From the human T2T-CHM13v2.0 reference genome, Homo sapiens, in the NCBI RefSeq assembly GCF_009914755.1, contig NC_060928.1: a DNA stretch of 64,000 nt, one strand, 5' to 3'. Shown one piece after another: positions 44,947 through 59,663 of this stretch; the stretch's first letter is position 1, and each line of letters opens with the position of its first letter. A model generated the notes under the pieces. The model worked only from the letters and a program-made list of their open reading frames with translations. It made no database searches and was not told the origin of the DNA. Made by a program: the position numbers and the translations under genes.

Positions 44947-45016
44947 GGTGGAGTTCAGCCTACTCTTTCTTAGATGTGAAAGGAAAGGAAGATCATTTCA
45001 TGCCTTGTTGATAAAG
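44947..45016 (+). other. BMPR1B: BMPR1B non-coding 5'UTR exon (exon 2, 70 nt)
   Basis: Strong acceptor tttttgtctctttgttgacag| and donor AAG|gtaagt. The exon GGTGGAGTTCAGCCTACTCTTTCTTAGATGTGAAAGG...GATAAAG matches my memory of the BMPR1B mRNA leader (recognition, not a database search). Confidence 0.88.
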
Positions 45017-45574
45017 GTAAGTTCATAGTAATTATTAAATAATTTGAGATGTTTGGTAGGCATCGTTACTGCTTTTTGACACTCCGACTTTGTGGTATGC
45101 TGAAGTTAACAGAAAGATAATACATTTTATAAGATGAATGGAATCTACAATTGTTCCTTTAGTTATCAGTAAAAACACATAAGATAAGGAAACTGATGTA
45201 AATCAACATGACAAGGTGGATGTGGATTTGTTCTATAATGAGAAAGTAACTTGTGCTTTTCATTTGAAATGTTGGCCTACACACTTAGTCTGTTCCTCAA
45301 ACATTTACACACTTGGTAATAACCTTTTACCAACCATTGCTGATATCATCACGATAACATGTTTCAGGTTAATAAAAACTAGATTACAACATTATGCCAT
45401 TTTAAAGCAAATCCATCCATTATACTTTTCATGCTGATAGTTCTAGTTGGTGTCACTCATTTTAGAGGGCAAATGTGAAACAGGTGGCGTGGACTTCAGA
45501 GGCCCTACCTCTGACCCACATATATTAGTGAACGTTAACTTGGAGACTCTTTTCTAAGCATTTACTCCTATTAT

Positions 45575-45800
45575 AGCTATTTTTATAGTGTGCTACAGTG
45601 TTCAAATGCTATTACGAATGCTTTAAATGAATTCAATTTGTTCTTCACAAGTCTGTGAAAACTGTTCTGTTAATATTCCCATTTTATAGATGTTAAAACT
45701 GAAGCATTGGAAAATTAAGAAAATTGCCCAGGATTATGTAGATAGTTAAGTGGTAGAGTGGGAATTACATTGAGACCTCCTGATCTTTACTTCAGTGCTA
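45575..45800 (-). mobile_element. MIR
   Basis: cccattttatagatgttaaaactgaagc...ttgcccaggatt...taagtggtagagtggga. Confidence 0.7.
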
Positions 45801-47094
45801 TACTGAAAACCGATAATACTATTTGAACAATTTGAACTGGCTCATAATAATGATGGGAGGATGTGCTTACTTTTGATATATCTTTTCTAATAACACATGA
45901 ACAAATGTAGGATGAATACATGTTATACTTCTTAATGGGTTTGACTTTACTCCAGTGAACTCTATCAGAAATTTTTTATACTTTAAATCCTTATAAATCT
46001 ACTCAGTAAAGTTTTCAGAAACTTACTTTTGCATATTTATAAAATATTTCATTGCTTGCTTAAAAATAACCATATTAAAAGATGGTAGCATAATTTTAAT
46101 TAAGAAAGCAGAAATAATGTACTTTACAAGTATTGGTATTACTCCTTTCGGGGCTATAAATACAATATATATGTTTTTCCCCTGGCTAAGTGTTGTGAGG
46201 TTAAATTTTCAGCATAGTAAGTTTCAGTTGGGCCACATATTATGCCACTGTGCATAAAAACTCACATTGATTCAAGTATCAGAATCATAGAATTTTCTTC
46301 ATGGAGAGAGATGGTTGGGGAGTAAGCCAGAAATAATTGGTCTTGATTTGGGTTGCTGTCTCTTTCCAAAGGTTAGCATCTGAAGTGTGGGGCTGGGCAT
46401 CAGGAACCTTCCTACCAGGGTGAGGGGTTTGGAAAAGGTTTTGCTCATTTTTGAGTCATGCTTCCAGTTGTTGATGGGATCAGAAATTAACCCCAGAGGA
46501 AAGGGGCCTTTTACCAGGAGTTGGGATGGGGTTAGAGAACCAATCAGATGGATTGGCCTTAGGGTTGGCATTTCCTGTTAGTGAACTGAAGTAAATCGGA
46601 AAGCAGAGAAAACCACTGCCTGTGCACTAGGCTCTGCAAAGAGAGAACGAGCGGGTGCCTATAGGCACCTTTCTCTAGAAATACATTTTAGGATTAATTT
46701 AGATTAATCTAGATCCTACATCCCCTACCCCCAGTAGGAATTATAATGTCTGTTTTTTTGAAGATTTGCCAGAACAGTGGGAATGGCTCAGCAGGTAAAT
46801 TAAGTTTTTAAACTATAAGAAAGTGAGGCCAAGGAAAGTAGAAACTGAAATGCAAACATATTTTTCCAGAGATATCAACTATCAAATACATTGAGATACA
46901 TTTTATATATGTATAGAAGTGTAATATTTATTAATAATAGAATAATTAAAACAGTATTTTTATTAGTGAAAATAATCTATGCTTATTAGACAAATTTGGT
47001 AGCAAAAGGTAAATTACACCACTTCAATATCAGCACTTTTATATTTCCTGTGTTTGTGTGCATGCACATGTGTGCGTGTGTGTGTGTATATGCA

Positions 47095-48060
47095 TTTACA
47101 TTGGAATGATATCGCCTATATTGATGAATGGTCTTATAAAAAAAATTTTAATGGCTCTATCATCTTGTATCATCTTATATTTTATTATTTCAGGTTTTAT
47201 TTCTAGGATATATTCCTGACCGTGGAATAATTAGATCAAGGAATGAGAACATTTTTAAAGGCTCTTTAAGCATATTGCAAAATTGCTTTCAGGAATGCTG
47301 TATGACTAATATTTGTTTCAGGAGCATAGAGGGGACTGGTTTCCACTGTTTTAATGTGCTATTTTTTAATTCCTTCTAAGGTTTGTTAAAAACCAAAATT
47401 GCAACAAATTTAGTTTAAAGATACTAGGTTTTTATTAGCAATTCATGAATCAGTAGCATCTCATCTAAACATTTAGAAAAGGTGCTCCCATGAGCTGAGC
47501 AGAGGACGTTATTTTTATAGGCTGGAAAGGGCTGAAGAAAGCAGAAACAGGAAATGAAAAGTGAATTGGTCATTTCAAAGTAACTTTCCTTATAGAATTA
47601 AAACAGAGAGGACTTTCTTGTTACACTGGCCCAGGTAAACTAGGCTCCTCCTCATTGGCTGCTGTGCGTCTCCTAATTTTTTTTCTGAAAACAGGCCCAT
47701 TTCAAAGTTCAGTTTGATTATGTGGCTCCCAGCCAGATAATAACTGCATTCTGAGTGACTCCATTTTGGTCTTGTCTGGTATATAGGGCCTAGTGCAGAA
47801 GCTCAGTCCAAACCAGTGGCCTCCCATACATTTCATTTAACAGGTTCTGCTTTTTTTTTTTTTTTTTTACTTCTGATATGCTTGGTAGGCATTTGTATTT
47901 CATCTTCTGTGAGTTCCCAGTTCATGTGTTTTCTAGTTTGTCTATTACAGTTTTAGTTTATTACTAATTTGTGTGACCTCCTTATGTAATTAAGATGATC
48001 AGCTCTTTGACTCATTTATATCAAATATTTCTACCATTTATTTACCCTCTATTTTAATGA
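47095..48060 (-). mobile_element. Old L1M (L1ME-like) fragments split by an LTR
   Basis: tttctaggatatattcctg...gtggaat...gcaaaattgctttc; ttggtaggcatttgtatttcatcttctgtga. Confidence 0.55.
47384..47842 (-). mobile_element. MER67-family (ERV1) solo LTR
   Basis: TG...CA termini; gagtgactccattttggtcttgtctgg...ggcctagtgcagaagctcagtccaaa; 4-bp TSD GGTT at 47380-47383 and 47843-47846. Confidence 0.8.
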
Positions 48061-48111
48061 ATTTAATGAAGTATAGCAGTTTCACATTGCATATTCAGGC
48101 AGGTTTAATAG

Positions 48112-48250
48112 ATTTTTTATTTTTTTATTATTATACTTTAAGTTTTAGGGTACATGTGCACAATGTGCAGGTTTGTTACATATGTATACATGTGCCATGT
48201 TGGTGTGCTGCACCCATTAACTCGTCATTTAGCATTAGGTATATCTCCTA
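48112..48250 (-). mobile_element. L1PA4-like extreme 3' end (~140 bp)
   Basis: tatactttaagttttagggtacatgtgcacaatgtgcaggtttgttac...cattaactcgtcatttagcattagg. Confidence 0.9.
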
Positions 48251-48470
48251 TTATAATTTCTTCTCATTTCCAGATGAGTACCATTTCCAGCAAGTAAATG
48301 GTAGAGCTGGTATTTGAACTGGTCATATGATTGTAAATCCTATGCTCTTTAGCAGTACCTTATACTTCCTGGTAGAATAGAAAAGAACAAGGGACTCTTA
48401 AAATGTTTAAGGTATTAATGAAAAGTGTCAAGTAAAACATTTGGATTTATTTGAGTGTTTACATTTGATT

Positions 48471-48748
48471 CTTTGGGAGGTCAAGGCAGGAGGATTGCTA
48501 GAGCCCACAAGTTTGAAACCAGCCTAGGCAACATGGCTAGACCTGGTGTCTATAAAAAATTTTAAAAAATTAGCCAGGTGTGCTGGGGTGTGCCTGTTGT
48601 CCCAGCTACTCCAGGAGGCTGAGGCAGGAGGATCACTTGAGCTCAGAGGTTGAGGCTACAGTGAGCTGTGTTAGCACCACTGTACTCCAGCTTGGATGAC
48701 AGAGCGAGACCCTGTCTCAGAAATAAATAAAAATAAAAATAAATAAAA
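48471..48748 (+). mobile_element. AluJ, 5'-truncated
   Basis: J diagnostics; TSD tacatttg(a/g)tt. Confidence 0.9.
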
Positions 48749-49422
48749 TACATTTGGTTCTTATTTTTCTCGTATCCAGTGATTTTTCTTTTCCTGTTGT
48801 TTCGTCCAGGAGATCTTTAAATTTTTTTCCCCATTATTATAGAATTAGAAGTAGAAAAATATTTTGTTTAATAACTATATCTCATGATATATTTCTGTCA
48901 TTAAATTGGTGTGCATATGGGCAAGACTATACTACACAGTGAAAAATCAGTTTTTAATACAAAGTTTGATACTTTAAAAGAAAAAAACAATGTATATTGA
49001 AAATACTGTGGTTAAACCAACCATATGGATCGTTTGGAATTCCTAGACTAAATTTGAATTTAATTAGTTATAGATTTGTTATTTGTGGTATTCATCCGGT
49101 ATCTAAGAGAAGTGATTATCGTAACAAAATATTTTTATGGAACATCTTATTATATAAAATGACAATACAAATTATTATTATTTTATTCATAATTTTTGAC
49201 TTTTTAAAAAACATGCAACATGCTGTTAAGTATATGTGTGTTTCTCATTTACTAAAAAATAGAATTTTCCTAGCAGGATGGCCCTAGAGCTGAAGCATTA
49301 TATGTCTTTGGTTGGTTCTCATTCAAGAATTGGCAGAGTTTCAGAGTACTGTACTTCTAACTTGTCTCCATAAATTCAAGGCAGAACAGCAAATATGCCC
49401 TAAAAACAATGCATTAAAATGA

Positions 49423-49740
<318 letters not shown>

Positions 49741-49751
49741 ATTAAAATGAA

Positions 49752-50051
49752 TTTTTTTTTTTTTTTTTTTTTGAGACAGAGTTTCACTCTGTCACCCAGG
49801 CTGGAGTGCAGTGATGAAATCATGGCTCACTACACCTTCCACCTCCCAGGTTCAAGCGATTCTATGCCTCAGCCTCCCAAGTAGCTGAGATTACAGGCGT
49901 GCCACCATGCCCAGCTAATTTTTATATTTTTAGTAGAGACGGGGTTTCACCATTTTAGCCAGACTGGTCTTGAACTTCTGATCTCAAGTGATTGGCCCTC
50001 CTTGGCCTCCCAAAGTGCTGAGATTATAGGACTGAGCCACTGGGTCCAGCC
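49752..50051 (-). mobile_element. AluS
   Basis: Antisense Alu with a long poly-T. Confidence 0.9.
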
Positions 50052-50144
50052 CTAAAATATTTTAATCAACTTTTAAAGTCAGAAAATTCTTGTGTGTGGA
50101 AAAGATGCAACATCGTAATTCTGAAGTTTTACCTTGCATAATAT

Positions 50145-50372
50145 TGCCATTTTTTATTGTGGCAAAATGTGTATACCATAAAATGGACAATTTTAACCAT
50201 TTTCAAGTATGTGGTTCTGTGGCATTCAGTATGTTTACATTCTTGTACCATTACCATCATCCATCTCAAGAACATTTTCATCTTCTGCAACTGAAACTGT
50301 ACCTTCTAACTCTGTTTTCCAGCCCTCAGTCCTTGGCAACCCCCATTATGCTTACTGTCTCTGTGAATTTGG
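50145..50372 (-). mobile_element. L1MB/MC-type 3' end
   Basis: ttttattgtggcaaaat...ttaaccattttcaagt...ggcattcagtatgtttacatt...ttggcaacc. Confidence 0.75.
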
Positions 50373-50582
50373 CTGTAACGTTACTATTGTTGAAGGATAT
50401 AAGACCTCTCCCCCACAAACACATGCGTATTTAGAAGCATGTTTCTTGTTTTGGTTTTGGTGTTTCCTCATGAATAGATTCAGGTCATGTGTCCTCGGCA
50501 AGTTACTGCATAGGTGATCTTCAGCAGAAGAATTTGGCAACGAGAGGAGCTGGGTTCAAGTTCTAGGCTGGGGCAAGTGTAA

Positions 50583-50880
<298 letters not shown>

Positions 50881-51049
50881 TAATATTTCGACCTTTCTAG
50901 GCCTTTTTTTCTTCAGCCATAAAATAAGGCTATTGGTTTCACCTCATCTGATGGCTAAGCTGCCTTTTAGCTCTAAAAATAATCTTTGTTAAATAGGCTG
51001 AGATATCCTGTAGTGGTTTATAAGTGAAAGGAAAGACTTAGGGGTAAGA

Positions 51050-51207
51050 CAGTGTCTCAACCCTGGCTATGCACCTGGCTAAATTAATGAGGCTTTGGAA
51101 AATACCCGATTCTCATCTCTAAAAGATTGTGATTCTGGATTTCAAACTCAAGAATGTGTGAAAAGCTGTGTAGGGAATCTAATGGACAGCCAGTTTGGAA
51201 ATACTGG
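51050..51207. mobile_element. MER5-like hAT fragment
   Basis: cagtgtctcaaccctggctatgcac...ctaatggacagccagtttggaaatactg. Confidence 0.55.
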
Positions 51208-51594
51208 CATGAAAAAGGTTCCTATGCTACTGTCCCCCTCACTGTTTTTTTCTTTTTTTTTCCATGGAAGGATAGAGGAGGATGACATCTTTCCATGGAT
51301 TTTTTAATTAAAAAAATTATTTCCCCTTCCATAGAGGAATATTTTCTTCATAGCACGCAGAGGGAACATGATAGTCTTTTGTGTTTTTTCTCTTCTAGGA
51401 TGCAAGAACAATTCTTTCACTAAATATATTTTATGTTTTCATATGGGAACAAGTATAGCTTTGCCTTAATCTTGGAAACAAGAAACTTTTTCTCTTCGTC
51501 AAAGTTTAGCTTGAGAGTGGGGAACAGGAGTAGAAATAACATAAATATTTAGCTGAAAATTGTGATTTTGCCTTTCACCTTTGGTGGTGGTGTT

Positions 51595-51800
51595 TGGTAT
51601 AGCTGCCTTCTACTGTGCTAAGCACTCAGCATATGTTGTTTCATCTTACCTTGTCAATAACTCTTTAAAGCAGAGGAGATTTTATAATCCTCTTTTTGCA
51701 GATGAAGAAAATCAGAATCAGAGACTTTACTTACCTGATAACAGGTTAATCCAGCTAGAATTGGTAGGGTGGAGATTTGAATTTAGGTCAGTCTGACTTA
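51595..51800 (-). mobile_element. MIR
   Basis: ctgtgctaagcact...ttttgcagatgaagaaaatcag...atttgaatttaggtcagtctgact. Confidence 0.7.
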
Positions 51801-52070
51801 CAGTACTTTTGAAAGATACAGTGTTTGTGATTTTCATAGGGAGGGTCTTCAGATCTCCTTCTGCACCATGGGATAGAAGTAGAATTAATTGTTTTTTGTA
51901 AAGATTGTTTATCAGTTTTCATGGTTTCAAATGTGGGAATTCATGGTTTACAACATTATCATTGCTCTGATTTGGTTGGCAGTGCAAACTGAATCACCTT
52001 CAGAATGCTTAGAGGTAGGATCAGAACTAGCCCCAGGCTGAATTATCAAAAAGGGTGACCTTTTCTTTCC

Positions 52071-52089
52071 TGTGTGTGTGTGCGTGTGT

Positions 52090-52122
<33 letters not shown>
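52071..52122. repeat. Interrupted (TG)n microsatellite
   Basis: TG run with two interruptions. Confidence 0.93.
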
Positions 52123-52125
<3 letters not shown>

Positions 52126-53328
52126 CCTTCCCTGAATTCCCTTGTGTTTTTAGCCTGCACCCAATTCTCAGTGCAGGGTTCTTTCTACTCATCTGCCTTT
52201 GCAGGTGTCATCCCAGAGAGCCTTGAAAATAGACTTCGAAAAGTGACTGAGCTCACCTCCCTTCTTCCACTGATGAGAGAACTGTATCAGCTGGATTCTA
52301 GTCCAGAGCTGTTTGTTTATTATAAAGTGATGTGCATCTGAGGGAGAGAGTGTCTGTGAACTCTCTGAAACTACATGCCGGATTTCTGTGTGTGTACATT
52401 TTCTAGCCCATAGCTTTATCAGAGTCTCAAAGGAGTCTCTGTTCAAACAAGACAAAACAGAGTTTTTGCATCCTATCATGTTAACATTATAGATGGCCTT
52501 ATCTTATATTCTCTCTCTGCTACTAATCAGATACTACTGTGATAGCTTATTCTCCAAGGATCTCATATTCATTACTCATCCACATGCTCATTTCTTTGTT
52601 GTTTACACCCTTTCTCTATTTTACAAAATATTTGAGGTTGTTTATGTAAAAAAATCAAGCAGCTCATTAATAACTTAATTTGTTTTTTATCTAAAGAGAA
52701 TGTATTTTATAATTCAATATATATATTAAGGAATATATTATATATGTATTAAGGAATATATTCTGTAATACATATTAATGTGCTAATAATTATTTAGTCC
52801 CTTTGAAGTATTAAAGATATGTCAATAAATTGCATCAATTTGCAGTTAAGCTATTGTTAGACTAAGGGTAAAGCAGATGATTTTTCAGTAATCCTTTGAG
52901 GAACATGTGATTTTTTTGATTCATGTCTCTATTCTTCATTAAGCTCAAAGTTTCACAAGTAGATGGACTGTTGATTCCCTAGAACCTACCAGAGTATTTG
53001 GCACTTAGTAATTGTGTTGAATACCCATTTAACAGAATACTCAATTCCACCCCTAGCTAGCCCTCAAATTTTGTCAACTTTTAGTCATTTTTACTGTCAG
53101 TACCTTGATCCAAGGGCACTATCATCTTTTGCTTTAAACTACTGTATAACTTACAGCCTGCTAAAAGAATATTTTTCTGACTCTAATCTGCTTCATGCCA
53201 ATCTAACGTCCCCCTTGAAGTCAGAGTGGTCTTCCAAGGTTTCAAAAGTAATGATCTAACTTCCTCAATTGAAAGCCTTTAGTAGATTTTCAGTGCCCTT
53301 TGGAGTAAACGTCTTAACTAACTGCCTA

Positions 53329-53651
<323 letters not shown>

Positions 53652-53835
53652 AAAAGCTGACCTCAAGTCAGTTAAATGGAGGATACTTTCAAATTGGATA
53701 AGAGTTGTAACCACCCTAGGGAGGTTCTTGAGTTTCTCATAACCTTATTTAGGTGTTAATAAAATTTTCAGACATGAATAAGATGGCATCTTATGAAATA
53801 TCAACTGCAAACATACATTTTATACTTACAGATTA

Positions 53836-54388
53836 TGATTGAGTAAATGCAGCAATGCCCCCAAACTTCCCTTCTCCATGTATCTAACACTCTTTGCAGT
53901 AAGACTTCGTAGTTGTTCCTATTAAGAAGTGAAGTCTGTTTTCCCAGCTCTTGAATGTGGGCTGGTCTTGTGATTTGCTTTAGCCAATAGAGCACAGCAG
54001 AAGTAATGGTGTACCAATTCCCAGCCTGGGCCTTAAGAGGTCTTGCTTGCTTCTGTTCCCTTTGGAACTCTGTTACTGCTGTGAGCACGTGAACAGGCTC
54101 ACTTGGTGGAAGGGGAGCAGCTAAATGGAGCAGAGCCAAGTCATTTTACTTGAGTCTGGCCCTCTCAGACCAGCCGTCAGCCAGCTGACCAAAAATGTGT
54201 TAAGACAGAACAGCCAACATCAGCAGAGCCACCTACCTAACTTGTACCTGACCACACATGCTTGAGGGAACCCAGCTGAGACCTGAAGATCCTTCCATCT
54301 TGATCCATAGACTCATGAGCAATTAATGTTTGGAGCCACTGAGTTTTAGGGTAGCTTATTTTTGCAGCAGTAGTAAACAGATAAACAG
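53836..54388 (+). mobile_element. MaLR LTR (MLT1F/G/H-like)
   Basis: cttgaatgtgggctggtcttgtgatttgctttagccaatag...gggccttaagagg...agccactgagttttagggt. Confidence 0.75.
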
Positions 54389-55069
54389 ATATTAGTGCCT
54401 TTTCCACCTAGTCACTGAGAAGATGACTAAGTAAAAAGGAGCAAGTTGAAGATGTTGCTTCTTTATTTAGCACATCATTATTATTGCGGTTTAGAAAGAT
54501 TTGACAAATGCATTTGCCTGTTTCTAAGAATTTGCATAGAATGGTAGAGTTTGGACATTTTCCTATTCTGATTTGTTTTAAAAACCATTATAACAGAATA
54601 CAAAATATCTTTGTTTTTTAACTGCAGCCATTGGTGCTAACATATTTATCACCAGGGAAGAAACTTTATTTTTCAAACTTCAGGGAAAAAAAGACATTTT
54701 GCCAAAATGCCTGACCACTTTGTGGTTTTTGAAGGAAATGTTAAGTTTATATAGAAAAAGGACATGACTTCCATTTCTGGCATTATGGCAGAACAAATAT
54801 TTTGAAAAAAATCATCTAGGATTTAAAAATATATGTAATCTAAAGAGCTCAATCTAATTATTTAATATAATTGTAAAACATATTGCTGACCTGGAAAGAT
54901 ACTAAGCTAAATCTTCAGAAGAAGAAATAAGAAAACATGAATCCAGAAAAATACTGGATCTGACCAAGCCCTGGTCACACAATCCTGGAAATGTAGCATT
55001 CACAGTGAAAGGATGTACTTGGAACAAAACTTTCCCTTCAGAAGGAAGGTTAGTAAATGTGGAAAAAAT

Positions 55070-57400
55070 GAAGAACACAAAGTAAGATGATAGAAATAAA
55101 TTCAAATATATCTTTAGTTACAATAAATGTAAAGGTACTGCACTTTTTAGTTCCAAGACAAAGATTGTTAACACTGCATTTCCAAAAATCCAGGTATATG
55201 CAGTTTGTAAGTGCTATGCCTAAGTTATAAATTTAAAAATGGTTAAAAATAACAAGTGAAAAATAATATATCAGCCAAATAATAATCAAAAGTAAGCTTG
55301 GATAGATATAGTAAGAAATAACACTTTAAGAATGAAAAGCATTGCTACAGATTAAAAAGACTATTACAATTTGATAAAAGATTAAAATATTCTGAAAGAT
55401 ACAGTTTCTAATTTATATCTGAAGTCTGGTTTAAATTTTTTTATAAAGCTAAAATTAACTGAATTATAAGGGGAAGTTAACAAATTTTCAGTAGGAGATT
55501 TGAGCATAATGTTCTCTGTTAATGATTGACCAAGCAGGTCTTAAATCTGTAAGCATGTTGGAAAGTTGAGCTCTACAAATACTGCACTTGATATAATGGC
55601 TTTATGTTGTATATTATGCTACAAAATTGTTGAATACACATTCTTTTAAAAGTCATGGGACATGTTTTAAAAAATGACCACCTACCTTCCAGATAACTGA
55701 AGACAGTGGAGAGTTGGTAGTACAGTAACCTCTTCAAATCTCCTCCCCAATGGATATGAAATTAATTTACCACTAATAAATTTCTATTCAAAAATATACA
55801 CTCAACATCACTTGAAGACAGAGAATGACATGACTGCAAAATAACTGTAAGTTCTGCAGTCCTTCATACTCCTGCCCCTTTCCTGTCATGCTGCAGTGCT
55901 TTGTGGTATACACACAGAAACTGGGAATCACTTAGGGAGGAAGAAGAGGGACACTGGCAAGGGAACTTAAGGAACAGTTGGAGAGACCACTGTATAGGTC
56001 AGATATACCTCAAATCTGAAAATACCGAAAAAGAAACTGGGAAGATGGGATGAAGATTGTGGGAAAAGGTTTCAAAGTATGTGCTATTTAGAGGGTCAAA
56101 TTAACAATTTTATGGGACAGTCCTCCAATTGCATTGCTTTTCAGGGAGGGGATAAAAGGTAAAAAGGAACGAAGAGCGATTCTTTGGCAATGAATGGGAA
56201 AGGAGAAAAGAAGGAAAAGGGTTAAATTAGGGTTCTGTAAAACAAAGGAGAACCACAAACTTGGAGGACTCAACTCTTCTCCCCTACTACTAAAACAAAT
56301 AAACGTATAAAAGAAATAATTTTGCTGACACCTGGAATTTGCCAGATTGACCAAAAAAAAAAAAGGTGCCTTTAAACTAGGAATTGTGTAAAATATCCTC
56401 ACATCACAAAATAAAAAAAGGAAAATAAAAAATCATACAAATCTATTGAAAAAGATCAGATAGTGAATTTTCATACAAATCAATGGAGGGAAATACCACC
56501 TTCACCCCCACCCCCCACCAAAAAAAAAAAAAAAAAAAACAAGAAGCAGAAGAAAACTGTGTCTACATTCTAAACATTTAAATATACTCAAACATTTAGG
56601 TATAAGAAAAATACCTTTAATCAGAAATTTAAAAATTAAAAACAAATAGAAAAAGCAGGGAGAGATGAAAAACTACTGTATTGAACTTGGTAAATAAATA
56701 CAAGAAAATGACAAAATTATCTCAAAAATGAAGATAAATTACAGAACACCCAAGAGAGAATAGATTCAAATGAAAATTAATAAGCGGCATCAAAGAAAAA
56801 CAGGAAAAAGACCAAGAGGATACAAATGACACGAAGCAAAATGGGTCATAGAGAAAGTGGTGGAAATGGAAGACTGGCAATAAAGGAATAATACTTGTAT
56901 TACTTGACTCTCTGAAGAAGAAAAACAATAATTCACAAAACCAATATTTAAAACTATAATCCAAGAAAATTTTTCAGAAATAGAAAAAAATCGGAATCCC
57001 TATATATTGAAAGAGCTTACATGGGCAAATTAACCCCAAACAATAAACTTGGAGATTTAGCCTGTTTCAACAATGATCATAAAATTCTAAGGGCTAACAG
57101 GCAAAAAGAGTGTGTCATCTACCAAAGGAAAATAATTAGACTAGCATTAGCTATTGAAAACCAATATTCAATACAAGGAAACAATGGAACAGTTTTGTTA
57201 TTGTTATTATTTTTTATTTTACTCAGTGAAATAAAGTGGCAATCAAGAATTTTGTATCCAAACTATTTTTCAATTTACAAGGCTTTAGAAAAGTAGTTTT
57301 CAACATGTAAGAGTTTATGGAATTTTCTATCAATTCTTCCTGAGGAATCTATTAGAGCATGAGCTGTATCCATCCAAATCATGACTAGGAAAACAGTAAA
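55070..57400 (+). mobile_element. Ancient L1M fragments (ORF2-EN-like and ORF1-like remnants)
   Basis: Strongly A-skewed tract with L1-like blocks (tacaataaatgtaaagg...; tatattgaaagagctta...; caagaattttgtatcca). Boundaries uncertain. Confidence 0.5.
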
Positions 57401-57589
57401 ATGACTGATGGTGAGTATTTAAAAATAAATAAATATGCATTATAAGACTAAAAAGTAGAGATGAGATATGCCAATTAAATCAGAGAAGAGGGGAAAAGAA
57501 ATGAAAATAGAAAAAGATCTTTGTTGTGTAGGCAATATTCTACTGTAGGCAGATGTTAAAGGACCATATGATTTTTCATAATAGCATGA

Positions 57590-57832
57590 ATAATAACAAT
57601 GATAATAATGATACAAAGCACTTACTATGCACCAGGCACTGTCCTAAACACCTTCTAAACATTATTTAATTTTTTCACAATTATAAGAGTTGGGTGCTGA
57701 TATTGATCATTTTACAGATAAGGAAACTAAAGCAGAGAGAGATTAAATAGTACCTTGGTCCAAAGCTGGTAAGTGATGAAGCTGGGATTGAGGCAAAGGA
57801 AGGCTGACTGTAAATTTTTGCTTGCACCCATA
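57590..57832 (-). mobile_element. MIR
   Basis: agcacttactatgcaccaggcactgtcctaaac...ttttacagataaggaaactaaagc. Confidence 0.8.
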
Positions 57833-59663
57833 AACTAAGTGACCCAGTAACCTGACTTTTCTAGGCTAGTCCCAATTGCAGATATTTTGTTGTATGATTA
57901 TTTACATGGTAGGAAATTATTTTATCAATTTTATTGTTAGAAATGCTATTAATGATATACTTCTAATATATCATGATATATCATAATGATATATCTCCAA
58001 GGAAATCATATCTCTAAGGAAACCATTGTTTCTTACACTGGAAAAGCAAGACACTATAAAAACATTCTAAAATTTGTAATACATAATATAAAATTTCAAT
58101 AGTTTTTATAAATGAGATACAGGTTTTAAGAGTCTTATTTTTTCTTATTTTAAATATATACTGGAGCCTCAAAGAACCAGAAAGAAATTTATAATAAAGA
58201 GGAATAGGATGTCAGTACCAGGAGCCTCTTGCTGGGGATCCAAGAGAGGCCTCCTAATTAATTTTTATTGTAAATTTTAACAATGGCGATGTTTCAAATG
58301 TGTTATCTAAAAGGGAACTTAATGGAGTTTTAATAGTGATATTTTATTTTTTGTCTTCCTATATTTTTATCGTAATTTGCCTGTGATTAACATTTTTTCC
58401 AGTAATAATACTGCAAAATAAAATATCTAGAATTAATCTTGTATATGATAAGCATTTTCTGAGCCAAACATTTCTAGGCCCTGCGTCAACTCTGTAGTAT
58501 CTCTGTTTTTCAGATAAAGAAACGGATGCTCTAATTGACAAAGTGAAAACAAGTTAAGATTGAAATTGGGGTTTGTACAACTCCAGAGCTCATGCATGTT
58601 CTCTCTGTACTGCTGTAGTTTTAATTCTTTCTCAAAAGGTGTTTATCAAAAACAAATAAAAGGTGTTGTGCTTTGTTTTGATATGAGCGGAAGGGCTCAT
58701 TAGTTCTGTGCCTCCTTCCTTTTTTCATTGCTCCTGCTGTCCTGCAGAGAACTTTCCCATGCAGAATAGCCATAATATACCACAGCCTTCATGTTCCAAA
58801 AAGGGAAACCTGAGAAGGAGCCACAGTCTTCCTGCAGGCAACAGATGGTTACTGTTTAAATGAGGGTAAACTCTGGATCTCATCTGTGAAGTGACTCTAG
58901 GTTTTTTGGGTGGGTGGTTTGGGGAGTTAGGTCAAAGGAACAAGCTAGTAACAAGATTTAGGAGGAGGAGGAAGAAGAAGTAAACACACCAAATTTGTCT
59001 GTAGCTTTTTTTGCCCTTATATACTCTTTAATCATAGTCACATGGCAGGTTGTATTTTTCTGACCCCTCCTCTACCCCAAATAGAGGGAGAGGAATGAAG
59101 GGAGGGCATGGCAGGCTGTTGAAATTTGTAGTGTGTTGGCATCTAGCAAGTGCGTTTTGCTGTGGGGTAAGTTCTGTGGCTTGTTTTCTGTCTTCGTGAA
59201 TAGAGCCTTTCCAACTTTGCCAAGCCTACAGTTAATGTGGTCAAGGGATTTATTATGAAATGTACTAAATCTTGGCGTGGAGCTAATTGCATATAACAAG
59301 AAGCCTGCTAGAGGCTTGGACCTGAGAAGTGACACATGCAAAAAGCATTCTCTTTCTGATGCTGCTGAAAGAGGTTTTGTGTAGGGGAATGTCTGCATGT
59401 CTGCACTTATTGCTAATGAGGTAACCCCCTCTCCCCCAAAGCTTATTTCTGAGTTACTTGTTAAATAAATGTAAAATTCTCTCTCTCTTTCCTTCTTCCC
59501 ACTTTTATGAACAATTGGCAATTGAAGAATTGATATTTATTTACTAACTCCACTTCCAAACCTCTTAATATTATAAAAATACATTTGTGGCTGTAAATTA
59601 CATGAGTGTAATTATGACCTAGAATAATTCTAATGTAAAAGTATAAAAGTCAATCAGAGAAGT

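Noticed and set aside
52718-52762. Short AT-rich duplications (tattaaggaatatatt x2; also 57965-58025 and 61600-61630)
   Set aside because: Low-complexity slippage products with no further structure.
59072-59521. 149-aa minus-strand ORF in unique sequence (also 60401..60790 and 3362..3727)
   Set aside because: No recognisable domain or exon context, and 59072..59521 and 60401..60790 start at non-ATG codons. The lengths are compatible with chance in 64 kb.
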